DNA of 56,426 nt from an uncultured Clostridia bacterium. Lineage in GTDB: Bacteria; Bacillota; Clostridia; Oscillospirales; UBA644. Below the pieces are notes generated by a model. It was not told the DNA's origin and searched no databases. It saw nothing but the letters and a program-made list of their open reading frames with translations. This document shows positions 48,967 through 56,426 of this stretch, in pieces; within the stretch, counting starts at the first letter, position 1, and every line of letters begins with the position of its first letter. The position numbers were made by a program, and so were the translations under genes. The DNA lies in contig CALXAO010000104.1 in the NCBI GenBank assembly GCA_944386295.1, forward strand, positions 1 through 56,426. The letters run 5' to 3'.

Positions 48967-49869
48967 GTGAAACAGAAATTTTTTCGCCGCAGGCGAACCT
49001 TGCGGTTGCTTTCTTTGCTGTCCCTTTTGCTTTCCTGTGTATTGATTGCCGGTTCGGTTCCTGTGTCGGCGGCCTCCCGTTATGGTTCCCGCGGGGATGA
49101 AGTCCGTCAAATTCAGAACCGGTTGAATCAGTTGGGGTACAACTGCGGAACTGCTGACGGAATTTTTGGTACTCGAACTCGGGATGCCGTTCGAAGGTTT
49201 CAGGCTGACAATGGATTAACTGTTGACGGTATTGTCGGTACAAAAACTATGGCGGCTCTTGGGTTGTCGGGAGGGATTTTCCTGCGAAACGGTTCCAGCG
49301 GGACAACGGTGCGAACCGTACAGGAAAAGCTGAAAAATTGGGGGTATTATACCGGTTCGGTGGACGGACAGTTTGGGAGCCAGACTGAAGCTGCCGTCAA
49401 GCAATTTCAGTCGGCGAATGGCCTAACGGTTGATGGAGTTGTGGGGCCTAGGACCTTTGCTGCGTTGGGCATGTCGTCTTACGTCAATTCCTCCAATTCT
49501 TCTTCAAACTATGACAGGGATGTATCTCTGCTTGCTCGGATTATTTCGGCCGAGGCCCGGGGCGAACCTTATCGGGGACAGGTTGCTGTAGGTGCTGTTA
49601 TTATGAATCGGGTCAAGCACCCATCGTTTCCCAATACTCTGTCCGGAGTTATTTATCAGGAAGGAGCCTTTACGGCTATTGTAGACGGGCAGTTTAACGA
49701 GCCAGTAGCTGATTCGGCTTATCGGGCGGCGCGGGAGGCTCTGGCAGGAGTGGACCCAACCAATGGGTGTATTTACTATTACAATCCTGCAACGGCTACG
49801 TCTTCCTGGATTTTTTCCTTGCCGGTGAACATGGTTATCGGCAATCACGTTTTTTCACGGGGCAAATAA
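48967..49869 (+). CDS. sleB: SleB/CwlJ-family spore cortex-lytic enzyme with two peptidoglycan-binding domains
   Basis: GTG start. Signal peptide. Two PG_binding_1 repeats (RGDEVRQIQNRLNQLGY...DGIFG; SGTTVRTVQEKLKNWGY...DGQFG). A C-terminal Hydrolase_2 domain (ARIISAEARGEPYRGQVAVGAVIMNR...YYYNP). Confidence 0.8.
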   Translation: MKQKFFRRRRTLRLLSLLSLLLSCVLIAGSVPVSAASRYGSRGDEVRQIQNRLNQLGYNCGTADGIFGTRTRDAVRRFQADNGLTVDGIVGTKTMAALGLSGGIFLRNGSSGTTVRTVQEKLKNWGYYTGSVDGQFGSQTEAAVKQFQSANGLTVDGVVGPRTFAALGMSSYVNSSNSSSNYDRDVSLLARIISAEARGEPYRGQVAVGAVIMNRVKHPSFPNTLSGVIYQEGAFTAIVDGQFNEPVADSAYRAAREALAGVDPTNGCIYYYNPATATSSWIFSLPVNMVIGNHVFSRGK

Positions 49870-49871
49870 AG

Positions 49872-49915
49872 ACAAAGGCGGCGGAGAAAGAATCCGCCGT
49901 CTTTGCATATCTTTC
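49872..49915 (+). terminator. Putative terminator after the sleB-like gene
   Basis: Stem aaaggcggcgga/tccgccgtcttt with one mismatch. A weak T-run follows. Confidence 0.4.
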
Positions 49916-50119
49916 GAAGCGTCCGCATAGGGTTTGAACAGGGAACGAAACGAGTTTTCGGACCTGAATCGGAAAAGCTGTGGAAGAGAAAGGAACGGTC
50001 GGAATGAGTCAATTGAATTATAAGCCGGAAGGCTTTGTTCGTAAAATCACTGGAGGGTTGACCCTGGCGGCTCTGGAAAGGCTCGAACTGAGGGTCAAAT
50101 TTTAGAAGCCCGGGTAATT

Positions 50120-50953
50120 ATGTGCGACAGTGACCACAATTTGATTGTGGATCTGGGAGGAATTCGGGGGCTAATTCCTAGGGAAGAGGCGGCTCTGGGA
50201 ATTCGGGAGGGAGAAGTCAAGGACATCGCGGTGCTCAGTCGAGTGAACAAGCATGTTTGCTTTAAAGTCACTGACTTGGTTCGTTGTAAAACTCTTTTGC
50301 CTGGGACTGAGGAGGGGAGTGATCCTGGATTCCTTGCACTGCTTAGCCGACGTGCGGCCCAAGAGCAGGCGCTGGATTATATGCTGTCTTTTTATCGGAA
50401 GGGTGATGTGGTGGATGCAAAAGTTACTCATTTGGAATCCTTTGGAGCGTTTGCTGACATCGGTTGCGGTATTGTTGGGCTTATTAGTATCGAAAATATT
50501 TCAGTTTCCCGCATTTCTCATCCCCGGGACCGGTTTGTTCAGGGACAGAATATTAAAGTAGTACTCAAAGACATCGACTATATTCTAAGGCGGTTTACTT
50601 TATCTCATAAAGAGCTGCTGGGCACCTGGCAGGAGAATGCGGACCGATTTCGGATTGGTCAGACAGTCTGCGGTGTGGTTCGCTCGGTGGAAGATTACGG
50701 CATCTTTGTGGAATTGGCTCCCAATTTGGCAGGACTGGCTGAAAGCCGGGAAGGGGTAGAGCCGGGGCAGCAGGCCACTGTATATATCAAAAACATTATT
50801 CCAGAAAAAATGAAAATTAAGCTGAGTCTTATCGACTGCTTTGAGGGAGGAGGGCGCAGCGAGTCCCGGTATTTTATTGAAACTGGGCATCTGGACCGTT
50901 TTGTTTATTCCCCGCCGGCGGCCAGCCGCTGTGTTGAAACAATATTTACATAA
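50120..50953 (+). CDS. S1 RNA-binding domain protein (two S1 domains); 5' end possibly frameshifted
   Basis: S1 motifs are GDVVDAKVTHLESFGAFADIG...GLISIENIS and GQTVCGVVRSVEDYGIFVEL. The first S1 beta-strands (GQILEARVI) lie upstream of the first ATG in the same frame. An RBS-preceded short ORF MSQLNYKPEGFVRKITGG... (about 50004-50105) sits in another frame just upstream. Confidence 0.55.
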   Translation: MCDSDHNLIVDLGGIRGLIPREEAALGIREGEVKDIAVLSRVNKHVCFKVTDLVRCKTLLPGTEEGSDPGFLALLSRRAAQEQALDYMLSFYRKGDVVDAKVTHLESFGAFADIGCGIVGLISIENISVSRISHPRDRFVQGQNIKVVLKDIDYILRRFTLSHKELLGTWQENADRFRIGQTVCGVVRSVEDYGIFVELAPNLAGLAESREGVEPGQQATVYIKNIIPEKMKIKLSLIDCFEGGGRSESRYFIETGHLDRFVYSPPAASRCVETIFT

Positions 50954-50980
50954 AAGTTGCATTATTTTTCTTGACTTTCC

Positions 50981-51009
50981 CATAAAAATAAAATATACTA
51001 AAAATAGAT
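50981..51009 (+). promoter_or_regulatory. Sigma-A-type promoter for the downstream membrane-protein genes
   Basis: TTGACT, a 17-nt spacer, then TATACT. Confidence 0.5.
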
Positions 51010-51034
51010 TATTTTAGTTTGGAAGAGGACAGTC

Positions 51035-51592
51035 ATGGAAAAAAGAGCCTATTTACAAAATTTTATATTTTTTTTGCTTTTTGGTGTGGCCGCTGTGGCC
51101 GCCGGCGTATGGGAAACCAGTTGTGTGCTGTTTTCTTTAGGCGCGGGCGTTCTCGGCGGCGCTTTTTTTGCAGCTTTCCGAGCTCGTCTGGTCTTGCCTG
51201 TCCGGATTCTGGTGGGTGTAGTGGCCGGGATTGTTTCGGTCTGGAGCGGATTTTATGCCTTTTCTTACATGGTGATGACTACTGGATATGGGGAAATGAC
51301 GTCTCCTCTAGGTTCTGTTCTGGTTCTGGCAATTCTAATTCTGGCAGGGATCGTTTTGTTTCTTTTGGTGCGGGACAAACAGGTGGAAACCGGTATGCTG
51401 GACGATTTGACCGAGCCTGCACAGATGACGGTTCTGCTGTCTGCCGTGAGTTTTGTGGCAGTGTTCCTGACTTATGGGGCAGGTGTGCATTATATTGAAG
51501 CTGCCTGCGCCTGCGCGGCGTCGGGGTATGGGTTATATGGAATAGGAAGGACCGTTTGCTTTGCGTTCCGCCGGAGTAAAGAAAATGTATAA
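51035..51592 (+). CDS. Hypothetical polytopic membrane protein
   Basis: 185 aa, 5-6 hydrophobic helices, no recognisable motif. Confidence 0.45.
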   Translation: MEKRAYLQNFIFFLLFGVAAVAAGVWETSCVLFSLGAGVLGGAFFAAFRARLVLPVRILVGVVAGIVSVWSGFYAFSYMVMTTGYGEMTSPLGSVLVLAILILAGIVLFLLVRDKQVETGMLDDLTEPAQMTVLLSAVSFVAVFLTYGAGVHYIEAACACAASGYGLYGIGRTVCFAFRRSKENV

Positions 51593-51636
51593 AATATTTA
51601 GGGAAGGCTTTGCGCTGCAAAGACGGGGTGAATGAA

Positions 51637-52524
51637 ATGAAAAATATATGGAAAAATGCCGGATTTTTGTTTTTGCGCTTTTTTACATTTTGTGTTCTTG
51701 TTTTTATGACAATTCCGTTGATTGCCACTATGCCCACGGTTCTCGGTCCGGTGATGGGAGTGTTTTATCTGATTGCCGTTGCCTATTTTTGGGGATTTAC
51801 TTCCCATGCAGAGGGTTTAAAAGACCGAAACAGAGTTTCTATCGGTCAGGAAAAGGAATTTTTGCTAAAAGGCTTTGTCTGTGCTTTGATCGTGGCCGTT
51901 CCCCTAATGCTGTTGAATCTTGTGCCGTTGTTCTTTCCCGACCATATCGATGCTGAATATCGTCAGACCTATTTTACCGACGAAGTAACCTCGGTTCAGG
52001 CTGGGGATCGGTTTAATCGGCAACTTCAAGAAGCCTCGGGGGGTTCGGGAAACGTGACTGAGGTCTGGTTTGACACAAATGGACAGCTGAAAGGATTGGT
52101 TTATCAAACCAGCGGTGGACTGTATGTAAAATGCGACGGTACTGTGGCAGATGAGTCCCGGATGTATACGGTTTCCGAATCTCCCATGTCCCTGAATACT
52201 AAGGATGAAAACGCCCTCTCTTCGTCAGCGGATAATCTGAACGATGCTCAGATCGAAGCTTTTTCCCAGTGTCGGACCGCTATGCAAAAGGTGACATCAG
52301 TTCTTGGAACTCGTCCTGTATGGGAACAGGTCTTTGGGATCATTAAACAAGTGCTTGCTATGTGTCTGATTTATTTCTGTAATATTTTTACCGGAGGCGC
52401 GGCCTTGTGGAACAGTGTTCTGTACTGTGTGTGTCTGCTGTTTCTGTGCGGTGCGTCAGGTGTTGGCTACTATATGGGTTACCGGGGAATTGAAATTGCA
52501 ATGCCTTGGGGAAAGAAAAAGTAA
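51637..52524 (+). CDS. Hypothetical membrane protein with central soluble domain
   Basis: Start after GGGGTGA. TM helices at both ends flank a hydrophilic segment of about 130 aa. No recognisable motif. Confidence 0.45.
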   Translation: MKNIWKNAGFLFLRFFTFCVLVFMTIPLIATMPTVLGPVMGVFYLIAVAYFWGFTSHAEGLKDRNRVSIGQEKEFLLKGFVCALIVAVPLMLLNLVPLFFPDHIDAEYRQTYFTDEVTSVQAGDRFNRQLQEASGGSGNVTEVWFDTNGQLKGLVYQTSGGLYVKCDGTVADESRMYTVSESPMSLNTKDENALSSSADNLNDAQIEAFSQCRTAMQKVTSVLGTRPVWEQVFGIIKQVLAMCLIYFCNIFTGGAALWNSVLYCVCLLFLCGASGVGYYMGYRGIEIAMPWGKKK

Positions 52525-52543
52525 AAATTTCGTTTTTCTGTCC

Positions 52544-52573
52544 TTGACAAGCATATTTCAGTTATAGTATAAT
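52544..52573 (+). promoter_or_regulatory. Promoter for guaB
   Basis: TTGACA, an 18-nt spacer, then TATAAT. No purine riboswitch-like structure is apparent in the short leader. Confidence 0.5.
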
Positions 52574-52610
52574 AAACAGTAAACAGGTGAAAAGAAAAGG
52601 AAGTGTTTGA

Positions 52611-54089
<1,479 letters not shown>

Positions 54090-54111
54090 TAACAGAAAGG
54101 ACAAACGTATC

Positions 54112-55197
54112 ATGAGTGAAAAACTGAGAATCGGCATTGTCGGCTGCGGGGGCATTGCCAACGGGAAGCATATGCCTTCTCTGAAAAGTATCGGGGATCA
54201 GGCGGAAATGGTTGCGTTCTGCGATTTGATTGAAGAGCGTGCCCAGAAGGCGAAAATTGATTTCGGTACTGTTGATGCTGGGGTTTATACTGATTATCGC
54301 AAGCTGTTGGAGGACAAAACCATTGATGTGGTGCATGTCTGTACGCCTAACAAGTCTCATGCGGAGATTACCGTTGCGGCTCTGGAAGCCGGAAAACATG
54401 TTATGTGTGAAAAGCCTATGGCCAAGACGGCAGCCGAGGCGCAGATGATGTTGGATGCTGCGAAACGCACCGGGAAAAAGTTGACTATTGGCTATCAGAA
54501 CCGGCAGACTTCCCCTATGCAATTGGTCAAACAGATGGCCGATGAGGGGGTATTCGGACATATTTACTACGGAAAGGCGCTGGCCCTGCGCCGCCGTGCA
54601 GTTCCCACCTGGGGGGTGTTTCTTAATGAGGAGGAGCAAGGCGGGGGACCGCTGATCGATATAGGAACCCATGCTTTGGACCTGACGCTTTGGACTATGA
54701 ACAACTATGATGTTGCTTCGGTAACCGGAAATGTTCACTACGAGTTGCGGGGCCGGAAAAACGCGGCAAATGCCTGGGGATCCTGGGATCCGGAGAAATA
54801 CACCGTAGAGGATTCCGCCTTTGGGTTTATTAAAATGAAAGACGGAGCTACGATTATTCTGGAATCCAGTTGGGCAATTAATTTGGTAGAAGCCAAAGAA
54901 GCGCAGTATGTGCTGGCAGGCACCGAGGCCGGTGTAGACTTTGTGGACGGGGTCCGAATCAACGGAGAAGAATATTCCCGTCTGTATACGAAGCAGATTG
55001 CGATGGGCAAAGGTGGCGTTGCGTTTTATGATGCATCGAAAGAAGAGTCGGCTGGCGTCCGGGATATGAAGCAGTGGCTCCGTGCTATCCGGGAAGATAA
55101 AGCCCCCTGTGTCCTGCCGGAACAGGCTCTGATGGTCAGCCGTGTGCTGGAAGCAATTTACGATTCCTACAAGACCGGAAAAACCATTTATTTTTAA
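54112..55197 (+). CDS. Gfo/Idh/MocA-family NAD(P)-dependent oxidoreductase
   Basis: Rossmann N-terminus LRIGIVGCGGIANGKH and the EKP motif (MCEKPMA). Confidence 0.8.
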   Translation: MSEKLRIGIVGCGGIANGKHMPSLKSIGDQAEMVAFCDLIEERAQKAKIDFGTVDAGVYTDYRKLLEDKTIDVVHVCTPNKSHAEITVAALEAGKHVMCEKPMAKTAAEAQMMLDAAKRTGKKLTIGYQNRQTSPMQLVKQMADEGVFGHIYYGKALALRRRAVPTWGVFLNEEEQGGGPLIDIGTHALDLTLWTMNNYDVASVTGNVHYELRGRKNAANAWGSWDPEKYTVEDSAFGFIKMKDGATIILESSWAINLVEAKEAQYVLAGTEAGVDFVDGVRINGEEYSRLYTKQIAMGKGGVAFYDASKEESAGVRDMKQWLRAIREDKAPCVLPEQALMVSRVLEAIYDSYKTGKTIYF

Positions 55198-55219
55198 TTT
55201 TTGAAAAGGAGGGCCATCG

Positions 55220-56254
55220 GTGCCGAAGCAAGATAAAAAAGCCGCAAGGAAATGGTATGTCCACCTGTTAACTGGGACTTTTCTGTTGGTGCTGCTGATT
55301 TCATTGTTGTGGCTTTTGACTTTCTTTTTTACCGACGCGCCGACTCCTGGACCAGGGGATGGTTCTGATTTGGAAGGATCTGTGCCTTCCGAAGGAGATG
55401 ATCCTGTTACAGATTCGGGAAACTGGCTGTTTTCCGATGTGGATTTGTCTGATGCGTTGAATCTTTCCTCTTATGAGAAGTTACAGCTGCCATCGGTTTA
55501 TCCGCAGGAATATGCGTTATATCCTGGACGCTTTTCGGATGACCGGGTAGACTTTATGAGTGAGCGAGACTTTGTGATTGTATTGGATCCGGGACATCAG
55601 GATTCTACGCATGCGGATGACATTTGGCTTTCCCCTTATTTGAACCCGTCCGATCGAAATTCCTGGGTTTATGGGAATTTGGCCAAGATGGGGACGACCG
55701 GTGTTGCTACCGGAGTGCCGGAATACGAGGTGACACATGCAGTAGCGAAGTTGCTTAAAGCTGAGTTGGAAAAACGGGGTTATACAGTATATCTGACTAA
55801 GGATTCTGTAAAAACCATTATGACAGGTCCCGAACGGGCAAAGATTTCCAATTTATACAATGCCGATCTGACTATATCTCTGCATTGTGATGGTTATGCA
55901 GGGGATTCCTCGGTAAGTGGGGCTCTGGTTCAGGTGCCCGAGGTCTGGGACGGTTATCCGGATGTGCTGCTGTCCTATCTGTCTCATCTTGCTGGTGCAT
56001 CGGTGTTGTCCTCCTATTGCGAGGCAACTGGAATGCGGCAGCGGGGAATTCAGGAAATTTCTCAGTCTTCTGCTTTTTCTTGGTGCAAAACCCCGTCTAT
56101 TCTATTGGAAATGGGCTATATGACCAATGCCTCTGATGATCGGAAGCTTAATGACGATGCTTTCCGGGAAAAAATGGTGCAGGGGATTGCTAACGGTATT
56201 GATGATTATTGTCGGATTATGCAGGCGACCCAGATGGTTCGGGAAGCAAAATAG
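55220..56254 (+). CDS. Membrane-anchored N-acetylmuramoyl-L-alanine amidase (Amidase_3 family)
   Basis: GTG start after AGGAGGG. N-terminal TM helix. Amidase_3 zinc-site contexts are VIVLDPGHQD, ISLHCD and EMGYMTN. Confidence 0.7.
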   Translation: MPKQDKKAARKWYVHLLTGTFLLVLLISLLWLLTFFFTDAPTPGPGDGSDLEGSVPSEGDDPVTDSGNWLFSDVDLSDALNLSSYEKLQLPSVYPQEYALYPGRFSDDRVDFMSERDFVIVLDPGHQDSTHADDIWLSPYLNPSDRNSWVYGNLAKMGTTGVATGVPEYEVTHAVAKLLKAELEKRGYTVYLTKDSVKTIMTGPERAKISNLYNADLTISLHCDGYAGDSSVSGALVQVPEVWDGYPDVLLSYLSHLAGASVLSSYCEATGMRQRGIQEISQSSAFSWCKTPSILLEMGYMTNASDDRKLNDDAFREKMVQGIANGIDDYCRIMQATQMVREAK

Positions 56255-56426
56255 CCCCTGTGTCGGATATCAGTGATGTTCTTAACGGAGAAATGGTGGG
56301 AGTGATTTGTCAATAGAAGTGCAACACTTTTAACAGAATTTTTGCAACTCCAAGTTCCATGCTTCTGTTGCAGAGATGAAATTAAGAACTTTGCGGGGTC
56401 TGGCATTAATTAATGCCAGATTCCGC

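Overview
This 56.4-kb window looks like chromosomal DNA from an endospore-forming Firmicute (Clostridia-like). GC is about 50%, and there is a mix of sporulation and housekeeping genes. Genes recognisable from their translations are a BclA-like collagen protein followed by a GT2 glycosyltransferase, nadA-nadB-nadC and thioredoxin. A MerR-like/NfeD/flotillin operon follows, then two tandem metallophosphoesterase paralogs and two MATE efflux genes (plus a third MATE copy decayed to a pseudogene). Sporulation genes include ypeB, spoIIAA-spoIIAB-sigF and a SleB-like cortex hydrolase. An ECF sigma sits next to an anti-sigma whose beta-propeller domain is cut off by one in-frame TAA. The classical SRP-RNA - dnaX - ybaB - recR block is present, with the SRP RNA recognisable by eye. 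The 3' end of the window carries rsuA, a reverse rubrerythrin, thiI with a NifS-type cysteine desulfurase, rmuC, pcrA, guaB and an amidase. Other gene content includes two large beta-helix surface proteins with C-terminal membrane anchors, a VanZ-like protein, a second SPFH (stomatin-like) protein, an SGNH hydrolase, and a 1.2-kb low-GC islet carrying a NapH-like 4Fe-4S polyferredoxin membrane protein. I found no CRISPR array, tRNA, rRNA, integrase or transposase. No canonical defence system is recognisable. The leads most worth follow-up are the collagen/glycosyltransferase pair with an odd domain layout, the anti-sigma gene interrupted by a stop, the low-GC islet, the tandem phosphoesterases, a decayed MarR regulator in front of a MATE pump, a MATE pseudogene, and a perfect palindrome at the promoter of a surface-protein gene. 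Coordinates of ORF ends come from the supplied ORF track. Internal start codons and non-coding features were placed by reading the sequence and may be off by 1-2 nt.
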